Source: Lingula anatina (Eukaryota > Animalia > Brachiopoda). Taken from it: a stretch of 64,000 nucleotides of DNA. The translations under genes and the position numbers were made by a program. The DNA lies in assembly GCA_051362555.1 (NCBI GenBank), contig CM120647.1:2356001-2420000 (forward strand), in the 5' to 3' direction. Below are positions 14,301-28,678 of the stretch, in pieces (positions within the stretch are counted from its first letter, which is position 1; every line of letters begins with the position of its first letter). The notes under the pieces were generated by a model. It searched no databases, was not told the DNA's origin, and saw only the letters and a list, made by a program, of their open reading frames with translations.

Positions 14301-17300
14301 ATATATTTGAAAAAAGTGAAAATTAAATTTTAAAAATTGACAAATTTCACAGACTAAAAAAGTTTAACATTAATAACTTTGATAAAGTTAAGTTTAACAG
14401 TTGACTGTGTCTAATAAAAAGGATATCTTTGGAACTGAAAATAACACTGAAAAGACTGCCAAAGTCCTTGACTTCAAATAGTTAAACATTAATAATTTTG
14501 ACAAATCAAGTCCAATATTTGTGAAATTTGTACCAATCATGCATAACATCAATAAAAATCTGTGAAAAGCAAATCACTTGACAATGTCCAATGAAAAAGA
14601 TTTTTTCAGAACATATAAGTTTGAGAAAACTGAAAATGACATTGAAAACACTGACAATGCTTTGCCTTAAAATAGTTAAACGTTAATAATTTTGACAAAT
14701 CTAGTCCAATATTTGCGAAATTTGGACAGATGATGCATAACAACAATAAAAATCTGTGAAAAGCTCATCAGTTGACTTTGTCTCATGAAAAAGATATTTT
14801 CAGAGCATATAAATTTGAAAAAACTGAAAATTACATTGAGAAGTCTGCCAAATTTGGTGCCTTAATATAGTTAAACGTTAATAATTTTGACAAATCTAGT
14901 CCAATATCTTTGAAATTTGGAGAGATGATGTATAACAACAATAAAAATCTGTGATAACCTCATCAGTTGACTGTTTCTAGTGAAAAAAATTTTTTCTACA
15001 ATATAATTTAGAAAACTGAATGTTACATTGAAAAGACTGCCAAAGTCCATGACTTCAAATAGTTAAACATTAATAATTTTGACAAATCTTGTCCAATATT
15101 TGTGGAATTTGGACAAATGATGCTGAACAATAATAAAAATCTGTGATAAGCTCATCAGTTGACTGGGTCCAATGAAAAATATTTTCTTCGAACAATAAAT
15201 TTGACAAAACTGGAAATTACACTGAAAAGACTGCCAAATTTCATGGTAAAATATAGTTCAATGTTAATAATTTTGACAAATCTTGTCCAATATTTGTGGA
15301 ATTTGGACAAATGATGCTGAACAATAATAAAAATCTGTGATAAGCTCATCAGTTGACTGGGTCCAATGAAAAAGTTCTTTTTGGACAATAAATTTGACAA
15401 AACTGAAAATAACACTGAAAAGACTGCCAAATTTCATGGTTTAAAATAGTTAAACGTTAATAATTTTGACAAATCTTGTCCAATATTTGTGAAATTTGTA
15501 CCAATCATGCATAACATCAATAAAAATCTGTGAAAAGCAAATCAGTTGACAATGTCCAATGAAAAAGATTTTTTCAGAACATATAAATTTGAGAAAACTG
15601 AAAATGACATTGAAAACACTGACAATGCTATGCCTTAAAATAGTTAAACGTTAATAATTTTGACAAATCTAGTCCAATATTTGCAAAATTTGGATAGATG
15701 TTGCATAACAACAATAAAAATCTGTGAAAAGCTCATCAGTTGACTGTGTCTCATGAAAAAGATATTTTCAGAGCATATAAATTTGAAAAAACTGAAAATT
15801 ACATTGAGAAGTCTGCCAAATTTGGTGCCTTAATATAGTTAAACGTTAATAATTTTGACAAATCTAGTCCAATATCTGTGAAATTTGGAGAGATGATGCA
15901 TAACAACAATACAAATCTGTGATAAGCTCATCAGTTGACTGGGTCCAATGAAAAAGTTCTTTTTGGACAATAAATTTGACAAAACTGAAAATAACACTGA
16001 AAAGACTGCCAAATTTCATGGTATAAAATAGTTAAACGTTAATAATTTTGACAAATCTTGTCCAATATTTGTGAAATTTGGGCATATGATGCTGAACAAT
16101 AATAAAAATCTGTGGTAAGCTTATCAGTTGACTGTGTGTAATAGAAGTGTAATTGTCCTCTGAAAAAAAATATATACCCAGTCGAGACTTCTCCTTACTA
16201 CCAATACCAGATGCAGATTCCTCCTTACAATTGGTTTCTGGAATCAGGTTTAGCACACCATTTGACAATGTTTTAAAGCTTGCCACATACCATCTATTGT
16301 ACACATGGATGAGACAGACCATTGCTCTTGCTGTTGTCTTTCACTGCCTGTTTTTTCTACAGGAATTAGCCATGACCAGACACGAAGAATAAGTTCATCA
16401 AAAAACCCACCACGCTGTATGGAAAAAGGTTATCTGGAAAAAGGACAATATATTTGAAAAAAGTGAAAATTAAATTTTAAAAATTGACAAATTTTACAGA
16501 CTAAAATAGTTAAACATTAATAATTTTGACAAATCAAGTCCAATATTTGTGAAATTTGTACCAATCATGAATAACATCAATAAAAATCTGTGAAAAGCAA
16601 ATCAGTTGACAATGTCCAATGAAAAAGATTTTTTCAGAACATATAAATTTGAGAAAACTGAAAATGACATTGAAAACACTGACAATGCTATGCCTTAAAA
16701 TAGTTAAACGTTAATAATTTTGACAAATCTAGTCCAATATTTGCGAAATTTGGATAGATGATGCATAACAACAATAAAAATCTGTGAAAAGCTCATCAGT
16801 TGACTGTGTCCCATAAAAAAGATATTTTCAGAGCATATAAATTTGAAAAAACTGAAAATTACGGTGAGAAGTCTGCCAAATTCGGTGCCTTAATATAGTT
16901 AAACGCTAATAATTTTGACAAATCTTGTCCAATATTTGTGAAATTTGGGCATATGATGCTGAACAATAATAAAAATCTGTGGTAAGCTTATCAGTTGACT
17001 GTGTGTAATAAAAGTGTAATTGCCCTCTGAAAAAAATATATACCCACTCAAGACTTCTCCTTACTACCAATACCAGATGCAGATTCCTCCTTACAATTTG
17101 TTTCTGGAATCGGGGTTTAGCACACCATTTGTTCTAAAGCTTGCCACATACCATCTATTGTACACATGGATGAGACAGACCATTGCTCTTGCTGTTGTCT
17201 TTCACTGCCTGTTTTTTCTACAGGAATTCGCCATGACCAGACAGGAAGAATCAGTTCATCAAAAAACCCACCACGCTGTATGGAAAAGGTTACCTGGAAA

Positions 17301-17500
17301 AGGAACAATATATTTGAAAAAAGTGAAAATTAAATTTTAAAAATTGACAAATTTCACAGACTAAAAAAGTTTAACATTAATAACTTTGATAAAGTTAAGT
17401 TTAACAGTTGACTGTGTCTAATAAAAAGGATATCTTTGGAACTGAAAATAACACTGAAAAGACTGCCAAAGTCCTTGACTTCAAATAGTTAAACATTAAT
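5341..17500. repeat. HOR domain 2: four near-identical 3007-bp units, each with two E inserts
   Basis: ORF track repeats at exactly 3007 spacing: 6134/9141/12148/15155, 7132/10139/13146/16153 and 7999/11006/14013/17020. Confidence 0.95.
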
Positions 17501-20500
17501 AATTTTGACAAATCAAGTCCAATATTTGTGAAATTTGTACCAATCATGAATAACATTAATAAAAATCTGTGAAAAGCAAATCAGTTGACAATGTCCAATG
17601 AAAAAGATTTTTTCAGAACATATAAATTTGAGAAAACTGAAAATGACATTGAAAACACTGACAATGCTATGCCTTAAAATAGTTAAACGTTAATAATTTT
17701 GACAAATCTAGTCCAATATTTGCGAAATTTGGACAGATGATGCATAACAACAATAAAAATCTGTGAAAAGCTCATCAGTTGACTGTGTCTCATGAAAAAG
17801 ATATTTTCAGAGCATATAAATTTGAAAAAACTGAAAATTACATTGAGAAGTCTGCCAAATTCGGTGCCTTAATATAGTTAAACGTTAATAATTTTGACAA
17901 ATCTAGTCCAATATCTGTGAAATTTGGAGAGATGATGCATAACAACAATAAAAATCTGTGAGAACCTCATCAGTTGACTGTTTCTAGTGAAAAAAATTTT
18001 TTCAACAATATAATTTAGAAAACTGAATGTTACATTGAAAAGACTGCCAAAGTCCATGACTTCAAATAGTTAAACATTAATAATTTTGACAAATCTTGTC
18101 CAATATTTGTGGAATTTGGACAAATGATGCTGAACAATAATAAAAATCTATGATAAGCTCATCAGTTGACTGGGTCCAATGAAAAAGAGTTTTTTTTGGA
18201 CAATAAATTTGACAAAACTGAAAATAACACTGAAAAGATGCCAAATTTCATGGTATAAAATAGTTAAACGTTAATAATTTTGACAAATCTTGTCCAATAT
18301 TTGTGAAATTGGGGCATATGATGCTGAACAATAATAAAAATCTGTGGTAAGCTTATCAGTTGACTGTGTGTAATAGAAGTGTAATTGTCCTCTGAAAAAA
18401 AATATATACCCATTCGAGACTTCTCCTTACTACCAATACCAGATGCAGATTCCTCCTTACAATTGGTTTCTGGAATCAGGTTTAGCACACCATTTGACAA
18501 TGTTTTAAAGCTTGCCACATACCATCTATTGTACACATGGATGAGACAGACCATTGCTCTTGCTGTTGTCTTTCACTGCCTGTTTTTTCTACAGGAATTA
18601 GCCATGACCAGACACGAAGAATCAGTTCATCAAAAAACCCACCACGCTGTTTGGAAAAAGGTTATCTGGAAAAAGGACAATATATTTGAAAAAAGTGAAA
18701 ATTAAATTTTAAAAATTGACAAATTTTACAGACTAAAATAGTTAAACATTAATAACTTTGATAAAGTTAAGTTTAACAGTTGACTGTGTTTAATAAAAAG
18801 GATATCTTTGGAACTGAAAATAACACTGAAAAGACTGCCAAAGTCCTTGACTTCAAATAGTTAAACATTAATAATTTTGACAAATCAAGTCCAATATTTG
18901 TGAAATTTGTACCAATCATGCATAACATCAATAAAAATCTGTGAAAAGCAAATCAGTTGACAATGTCCAATGAAAAAGATTTTTTCAGAACATATAAGTT
19001 TGAGAAAACTGAAAATGACATTGAAAACACTGACAATGCTTTGCCTTAAAATAGTTAAACGTTAATAATTTTGACAAATCTAGTCCAATATTTGCGAAAT
19101 TTGGATAGATGATGCATAACAACAATAAAAATCTGTGAAAAGCTCATCAGTTGACTTTGTCTCATGAAAAAGATATTTTCAGAGCATATAAATTTGAAAA
19201 AACTGAAAATTACATTGAGAAGTCTGCCAAATTCGGTGCCTTAATATAGTTAAACGTTAATAATTTTGACAAATCTAGTCCAATATCTGTGAAATTTGGA
19301 GAGATGATGTATAACAACAATAAAAATCTGTGATAACCTCATCAGTTGACTGTTTCTAGTGAAAAAAATTTTTTCAACAATATAATTTAGAAAACTGAAT
19401 GTTACATTGAAAAGACTGCTAAAGTCCATGACTTCAAATAGTTAAACATTAATAATTTTGACAAATCTTGTCCAATATTTGTGGAATTTGGACAAATGAT
19501 GCTGAACAATAATAAAAATCTGTGATAAGCTCATCAGTTGACTGGGTCCAATGAAAAAGTTCTTTTTGGACAATAAATTTGACAAAACTGAAAATAACAC
19601 TGAAAAGACTGCCAAATTTCATGGTATAAAATAGTTAAACGTTAATAATTTTGACAAATCTTGTCCAATATTTGTGAAATTTGTACCAATCATGCATAAC
19701 ATCAATAAAAATCTGTGAAAAGCAAATCAGTTGACAATGTCCAATGAAAAAGATTTTTTCAGAACATATAAATTTGAGAAAACTGAAAATGACATTGAAA
19801 ACACTGACAATGCTATGCCTTAAAATAGTTAAACGTTAATAATTTTGACAAATCTAGTCCAATATTTGCGAAATTTGGATAGATGATGCATAACAACAAT
19901 AAAAATCTGTGAAAAGCTCATCAGTTGACTGTGTCTCATGAAAAAGATATTTTCAGAGCATATAAATTTGAAAAAACTGAAAATTACATTGAGAAATCTG
20001 CCAAATTTGGTGCCTTAATATAGTTAAACATTAATAATTTTGACAAATCTAGTCCAATATCTGTGAAATTTGGAGAGATGATGCATAACAACAATACAAA
20101 TCTGTGAAAAGCTCATCAGTTGACTGTGTCCCATAAAAAAGATGAAAAAGTTCTTTTTGGACAATAAATTTGACAAAACTGAAAATAACACTGAAAAGAC
20201 TGCCAAATTTCATGGTATAAAATAGTTAAACGTTAATAATTTTGACAAATCTTGTCCAATATTTGTGAAATTTGGGCATATGATGCTGAACAATAATAAA
20301 AATCTGTGGTAAGCTTATCAGTTGACTGTGTGTAATAGAAGTGTAATTGTCCTCTGAAAAAAAATATATACCCATTCGAGACTTCTCCTTACTACCAATA
20401 CCAGATGCAGATTCCTCCTTACAATTGGTTTCTGGAATCAGGTTTAGCACACCATTTGACAATGTTTTAAAGCTTGCCACATACCATCTATTGTACACAT

Positions 20501-21651
20501 GGATGAGACAGACCATTGCTCTTGCTGTTGTCTTTCACTGCCTGTTTTTTCTACAGGAATTAGCCATGACCAGACACGAAGAATCAGTTCATCAAAAAAC
20601 CCACCACGCTGTATGGAAAAAGGTTATCTGGAAAAAGGACAATATATTTGAAAAAAGTGAAAATTAAATTTTAAAAATTGACAAATTTTACAGACTAAAA
20701 TAGTTAAACATTAATAACTTTGATAAAGTTAAGTTTAACAGTTGACTGTGTCTAATAAAAAGGATATCTTTGGAACTGAAAATAACACTGAAAAGACTGC
20801 CAAAGTCCTTGACTTCAAATAGTTAAACATTAATAATTTTGACAAATCAAGTCCAATATTTGTGAAATTTGTACCAATCATGAATAACATCAATAAAAAT
20901 CTGTGAAAAGCAAATCAGTTGACAATGTCCAATGAAAAAGATTTTTTCAGAACATATAAATTTGAGAAAACTGAAAATGACATTGAAAACACTGACAATG
21001 CTATGCCTTAAAATAGTTAAACGTTCATAATTTTGACAAATCTAGTCCAATATTTGCGAAATTTGGATAGATGATGCATAACAACAATAAAAATCTGTGA
21101 AAAGCTCATCAGTTGACTGTGTCCCATAAAAAAGATATTTTCAGAGCATATAAATTTGAAAAAACTGAAAATTACAGTGAGAAGTCTGCCAAATTCGGTG
21201 CCTTAATATAGTTAAACGTTAATAATTTTGACAAATCTTGTCCAATATTTGTGAAATTTGGGCATATGATGCTGAACAATAATAAAAATCTGTGGTAAGC
21301 TTATCAGTTGACTGTGTGTGATAGAAGTGTAATTGTCCTCTGAAAAAAAATATATACCCACTCAAGACTTCTCCTTACTACCAATACCAGATGCAGATTC
21401 CTCCTTACAATTTGTTTCTGGAATCGGGTTTAGCACACCATTTGTTCTAAAGCTTGCCACATACCATCTATTGTACACATGGATGAGACAGACCATTGCT
21501 CTTGCTGTTGTCTTTCACTGCCTGTTTTTTCTACAGGAATTAGCCATGACCAGACAGGAAGAATCAGTTCATCAAAAAACCCACCACGCTGTATGGAAAA
21601 GGTTACCTGGAAAAAGAACAATATATTTGAAAAAAGTGAAAATTAAATTTT

Positions 21652-23336
21652 AACAAGGCAGCAAAGCTGTCAAATGTACAGACAAAGAACAGAAAATAAA
21701 GATGCAAATAAGTGAAAAATTAAATCTCCACAAAAAACTGTTAAATTGCCAGAAAAATTTACCAAACAGACTGCGTTGCCTATTGAAGCTGTATGTTAGA
21801 CCCATGTTTCTTTCCTGTAAGTTTGAGAACAGTAAGTGACATGATTTCCCTTAAATGGTCATCATAGGAGCAGTGTCCAAAATAGGGGTTTCTTCAAATT
21901 TTGATGCAACATTACATAATGTTTAACAGCATAATGACAATCAAATGTTATTAATAAAATATAGTAACATGGACATTCAGAAAATGTGACAAGCAAAAGT
22001 CTTCAAGATCATGGAACTTTAAAGTCACACCTTGAAAATGCCAATATGTGAAAAATTAAATTTTCACAAAAAACTGTTTAACTGCCAAAAAAAACAAAAA
22101 AAAAAAACAAACAGACTGCATTGCCTACTGAAGCTGTATTTTAGTCCCATGTTTCTATCCTGTAAGTTTGAAAACAGTAAGTGACATGATTTTCCTTAAA
22201 TGGTCATCATGGAAGCAGTGCTCAAAATGGGGGTTTCTTCAAATTTTGATGCAATATTACATAATGTTTAACAGCTTAATGACCATCAATTTTTAATTAT
22301 AAAATATTTGTATCACAGATATTCAGAAAATGTGACTAGCAAAGGTCTTCAGGCCCATGGAACTTCAAAGTCACGCCTTGATAATGCCAAAATGTAAACA
22401 AGACAGCACTGTTCTGAAATGGATTTATTTCCATTTTTAACACTTTTTTAACATAAAACAAAATAAACATTTTACTGCCATTTTTATATGTCCAACTAAG
22501 AAAATTGATGAGATGGGAAAAGTATCAATAGAACAGTGTTAAATGTCCAATTTCCTCCATTCTGAGATTCTGAACATAGTGGATGATTGAATCTGACAAA
22601 CTGCAATGATATGAGTTTATTTCCATTTTTGACACTTTATTACACAATACATGATAACAAGTTTACCATGTTTTTTACATAATCAACTAACAATGTTGTA
22701 AAGATGCAGGAAATATCAAACAAACACTTTTAGGCATCTTATTAGTTAAATAATGAGACTGTTAACATGCCTAATAATTGAATCTGAGGAAATGTGAAAA
22801 AACAGTATAACTTCTTAAGTAATGGCCCGATTATGCTTATTTTCGAACTCAACCTGCGTAAGATTGACCACTCCTGTGAGTATAATTACAATTGGCCAAT
22901 CCGTTTTTCTTATATTGTGTTATCAGTGTTGCATTTATATTGAAAATAGTGAAAAAACAGCATAAATTCCCTAAAAGTGACCCGATCATGTTGATTTTCA
23001 AACTTGACCTGCGTATTATGAATATTCATCAGTTCTGTAAGTTTCAAGTCAAAAGGTAAAATGGTTTTCCACTTATCGTGTTATCGGTGCTGCATATATG
23101 CTGAAAAAAGTGAAAAAACAGCATAAATTCCCTAAAAGTGACCCGATCATGCTGATTTTCGAACTTGACCTGCGTATTATGAATATTCATCAGTTCTGCA
23201 AGTTTCAAGTCAAAAGGTAAAATGGTTTTCCACTTATCGTGTTATCGGTAAAAGTGCACGGCGACGGCGACGACGGCGACGGCGACGACAGACGCAGATG
23301 ATGGCTATATGTACAGACACAACTGTGTCTGTACAT
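21652..23336 (-). mobile_element. Non-autonomous Helentron-like element (HINE/DINE-1-type), 1,685 bp
   Basis: Inserted in the A-run of TTTTAAAAATTGAC (TT on the minus strand) with no clear TSD. The left end has AACAA, hairpin GGCAGC-AAA-GCTGTC (21657-21671) and subTIR ATGTACAGACA (21674-21684). The right end has a (GAC/GGC) microsatellite (~23259-23293) and the 14-bp palindrome TATGTACAGACACA-AC-TGTGTCTGTACATA (23308-23337), which contains the inverted subTIR. Central tandem repeats are present and there is no ORF. This layout matches the established HINE architecture. Confidence 0.85.
21712..23248. repeat. Three internal tandem-repeat families of the HINE (~336 bp x2, ~192 bp x2, ~155-161 bp x3)
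   Basis: GTGAAAAATTAAAT at 21712/22048; TTTATTTCCATTTTT at 22424/22616; GTGAAAAAACAG at 22794/22949/23110. Confidence 0.85.
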
Positions 23337-26300
23337 AAAAATTGACAAATTTCACAGACTAAAATAGTTAAACATTAATAACTTTGACAAATCAAGTCCA
23401 ATATTTTTTAAATTTGTACCAATCGTGCATAACATTAATAAAAATCTGTGAAAAGCAAATCAGTTGACAATGTCTAATGAAAAAGATTTTTTCAGAACAT
23501 AAATTTGAGAAAACTGAAAATGACATTAAAAACACTGACAATGCTATGCCTTAAAATAGTTAAATGTTAATAATTTTGACAAATCTAGTCCAATATTTGC
23601 AAAATTTGGATAGATGATGCATAACAACAATAAAAATCTGTGAAAAGCTCATCAGTTGACTTTGTCTCATGAAAAAGATATTTTCAGAGCATATAAATTT
23701 GAAAAAACTGAAAATTACATTGAGAAGTCTGCCAAATTCGGTGCCTTAATATAGTTAAACGTTAATAATTTTGACAAATCAAGACTAATATCTGTGAAAT
23801 TTGGAGAGATGATGCATAACAACAATAAAAATCTGTGATAACCTCATCAGTTGACTGTTTCTAGTGAAAAAGATTTTTTCGACAATATAATTGAGAAAAT
23901 TGAATGTTACATTGAAAAGACTGCCAAAGTCCACGACTTCAAATAGTTAAATGTTAATAATTTTGACAAATCTTGTCCAATATTTGTGGAATTTGGACAA
24001 ATGATGCTGAACAATAATAGAAATCTGTGATTAGCTCATCAGTTGACTGGGTCTAATGAAAAAGATTTTTTTTTGAACAATAAATTAGACAGAACTGGAA
24101 ATTAAACTGAAAAGACTGCCAAATTTCATGGTAAAATATAGTTAAACGTTAATAATTTTGACAAATCTTGTCCAATATTTGTGGAATTTGGACAAATGAT
24201 GCTGTACAATAATAAAAATCTGTGATAAGCTCATCAGTTGACTGGGTCTAATGAAAAAGATTTTCTTTGGACAATAAATTTGACAAAACTGAAAATAACA
24301 CTGAAAAGACGGCCCAATTTCATGGTATAAAATAGTTAAATGTTAATAATTTTGACAAATCTTGTCCAATATTTGTGGAATTTGGACAAATGATGCTGAA
24401 CAATAATAAAAATCTGTGATAAGCTCATCAGTTGACTGGGTCCAATGAAAAAGATTTTTTTTGAACAATAAATTCCACAAAACTGGAAATTACACTGAAA
24501 AGACTGCCAAATTTCATGGTAAAATATAGTTAAACGTTAATAATTTTGACAAATCTTGTCCAATATTTGTGAAATTTGGGCATATGATGCTGAACAGTAA
24601 TAAAAATCTGTGGTAAACTTATCAGTTGACTGTGTGTAATAGAAGTGTAATTGTCCTCTGAAAAAAAATATATACCCATTCGAGACTTCTCCTTACTACC
24701 AATACCAGATGCAGATTCCTCCTTACAATTGGTTTCTGGAATCAGGTTTAGCGCACCATTTGACAATGTTCTAAAGCTTGCCACATACCATCTATTGTAC
24801 ACATGGATGAGACAGACCATTGCTCTTGCTGTTGTCTTTCACTGCCTGTTTTTTCTACAGGAATTAGCCATGACCAGACAGGAAGAATCAGTTCATCAAA
24901 AAACCCACCACGCTGTATGGAAAAGGTTACCTGGAAAAGGAACAATATATTTGAAAAAAGTGAAAATTAAATTTTAAAAATTAACAAATTTCACAGACTA
25001 AAATAGTTAAACATTAATAACTTTGACAAAGTTAAGCTTAACAGTTGACTGTGTCTAATAAAAAGGATATTTTTGGAACTGAAAATAACACTGAAAAGAC
25101 TGCCAAAGTCCTTGACTTCAAATAGTTAAACATTAATAATTTTTACAAACCTAGTCCAATATTTGCGTTATTTGGATAGATGATGCATAACAACAACAAA
25201 AATCTGTGAAAAGCTCATCAGTTGACTGTGTCTCATGAAAAAGATATTTTCAGAGCATATAAATTTGAAAAAACTGAAAATTACATTGAGAAGTCTGCCA
25301 AATTCGGTGCCTTAATATAGTTAAACGTTAATAATTTTGACAAATCAAGACTAATATCTGTGAAATTTGGAGAGATGATGCATAACAACAATAAAAATCT
25401 GTGATAACCTCATCAGTTGACTGTTTCTAGTGAAAAAGATTTTTTCGACAATATAATTGAGAAAATTGAATGTTACATTGAAAAGACTGCCAAAGTCCAC
25501 GACTTCAAATAGTTAAATGTTAATAATTGTGACAAATCTTGTCCAATATTTGTGGAATTTGGACAAATGATGCTGAACAATAATAGAAATCTGTGATAAG
25601 CTCATCAGTTGACTGGGTCTAATGAAAAAGATTTTTTTCGAACAATAAATTTGACAAAACTGGAAATTAAACTGATAAGACTGCCAAATTTCATGGTAAA
25701 ATATAGTTAAACGTTAATAATTTTGACAAATCTTGTCCAATATTTGTGGAATTTGGACAAATGATGCTGTACAATAATAAAAATCTGTGATAAGCTCATC
25801 AGTTGACTGGGTCTAATGAAAAAGATTTTCTTTGGACAATAAATTTGACAAAACTGAAAATAACACTGAAAAGACGGCCCAATTTCATGGTATAAAATAG
25901 TTAAATGTTAATAATTTTGACAAATCTTGTCCAATATTTGTGAAATTTGAGCAAATGATGCTGAACAATAATAAAAATCTGTGATAAGCTCATCAGTTGA
26001 CTGAGTCTAATGAAAAAGATTTTTTCAACAATATAATTTAGAAAACTGAATGTTATATTGAAAAGACTGCCAAAGTCCATGACTTCAAATAGTTAAACAT
26101 TAATAATTTTGACAAATCTTGTCGAATATTTGTTCAATTTGGACAAATGATGCTGAACAATAATAAAAATCTGTGATAAGCTCATCAATTGACTGGGTCC
26201 AATGAAAAAGTTCTTTTTGGACAATAAATTTGACAAAACTGAAAATAACACTGAAAAGACAGCCAAATTTCATGGTATAAAATAGTTAAACGTTAATAAT

Positions 26301-28678
26301 TTTTACAAACCTAGTCCAATATTTGTGTAATTTGGATAGATGATGCATAACAACAATAAAAATCTGTGAAAAGCTCATCAGTTGACTGTGTCTCATGAAA
26401 AAGATATTTTTAGAGCATATAAATTTGAGAAAACTGAAAATTACATTGAGAAGTCTGCTAAATTCGGTGCCTTAATATAGTTAAACGTTAATAATTTTGA
26501 CAAATCTATTCCAATATCTGTGAAATTTGGATAGATGATGCATAACAACAATAAAAATCTGTGATAACCTCATCAGTGGACTATTTCTAGTGAAAAAGAT
26601 TTTTTCAACAATATAATTTAGAAAACTGAATGTCACATTGAAAAGACTGCCAAAGTCCATGACTTCAAATAGTTAAATGCTAATAATTTTCACAAATCTT
26701 GTCCAATATTTGTGAAATTTGTACAAATGATGTTTAAAATCAATGAAAATCTGTGATAAGCTCATCAGTTGACTGGGTCCAATGAAAAATATTTTTTTAG
26801 GACAATAAATTGGACAAAACTGAAATTAACACTGAAAAGACTGCCAAATTTCATGGTATAAAATAGTTAAACGTTAATAATTTTAACAAATCTTGTCCAA
26901 TATTTGTGAAATTTGATCAAATGATGCTGAACAATAATAGAAATCTGTGATAAGCTCATCAGTTGACTGAGTCTAATGAATAAGATTTTTTCAACAATAT
27001 AATTTAGAAAACTGAATGTTACACTGAAAAGACTGCCAAAGTCCATGACTTCAAATAGTTAAACATAAATAATTTTGACAAATCTTGTCGAATATTAGTT
27101 CAATTTGGACAAATGATGCTGAACAATAATAAAAATCTGTGATAAGCTCATCAGTTGACTGGGTCCAAGGAAAAAGAGTTTTTTTGGACAATAAATTTGA
27201 CAAAACTGAAAATAACACTGAAAAGACTGCCAAATTTCATGGTATAAAATAGTTAAACGTTAATAATTTTGACAAATCTTGTCCAATATTTGTGAAATTT
27301 GGGCATATGATGCTGAACAATAATAAAAATCTGTGGTAAGCTTATCAGTTGACTGTGTGTAATAGAAGTGTAACTGTCCTCTGAAAAAAAATATATACCC
27401 ATTCGAGACTTCTCCTTACTACCAATACCAGATGCAGATTCCTCCTTACAATTGGTTTCTGGAATCAGTTATAGCACACCATTTGACAATGTTTTAAAGC
27501 TTGCCACATACCATCTATTGTACACATGGATGAGACAGACAATTGCTCTTGCTGTTGTCTTTCACTGCCTGTTTTTTCTACAGGAATTAGCCATGACCAG
27601 ACAGGAAGAATCAGTTCATCAAAAAACCCACCACGCTGTATGGAAAAAGGTTATCTGGAAAAAGGACAATATATTTGAAAAAAGTGAAAATTAAATTTTA
27701 AAAATTGACAAATTTTACAGACTAAAATAGTTAAACATTAATAACTTTGATAAAGTTAAGTTTAACAGTTGACTGTGTCTTATAAAAAGGATATCTTTGG
27801 AACTGAAAATAACACTGAAAAGACTGCCAAAGTCCTTGACTTCAAATAGTTAAACATTAATAATTTTGACAAATCAAGTCCAATATTTGTGAAATTTGTA
27901 CTAATCATGCATAACATCAATAAAAATCTGTGAAAAGCAAATCAGTTGACAATGTCCAATGAAAAAGATTTTTTCAGAACATATAAATTTGAGAAAACTG
28001 AAAATGACATTGAAAACACTGACAATGCTATGCCTTAAAATAGTTAAACGTTCATAATTTTGACAAATCTAGTCCAATATTTGCGAAATTTGGATAGATG
28101 ATGCATAACAACAATAAAAATCTGTGAAAAGCTCATCAGTTGACTGTGTCCCATAAAAAAGATATTTTCAGAGCATATAAATTTGAAAAAACTGAAAATT
28201 ACAGTGAGAAGTCTGCCAAATTCGGTGCCTTAATATAGTTAAACGTTAATAATTTTGACAAATCTTGTCCAATATTTGTGAAATTTGGGCATATGATGCT
28301 GAACAATAATAAAAATCTGTGGTAAGCTTATCAGTTGACTGTGTGTGATAGAAGTGTAATTGTCCTCTGAAAAAAAATATATACCCACTCAAGACTTCTC
28401 CTTACTACCAATACCAGATGCAGATTCCTCCTTACAATTTGTTTCTGGAATCGGGTTTAGCACACCATTTGTTCTAAAGCTTGCCACATACCATCTATTG
28501 TACACATGGATGAGACAGACCATTGCTCTTGCTGTTGTCTTTCACTGCCTGTTTTTTCTACAGGAATTAGCCATGACCAGACAGGAAGAATCAGTTCATC
28601 AAAAAACCCACCACGCTGTATGGAAAAGGTTACCTGGAAAAAGAACAATATATTTGAAAAAAGTGAAAATTAAATTTT

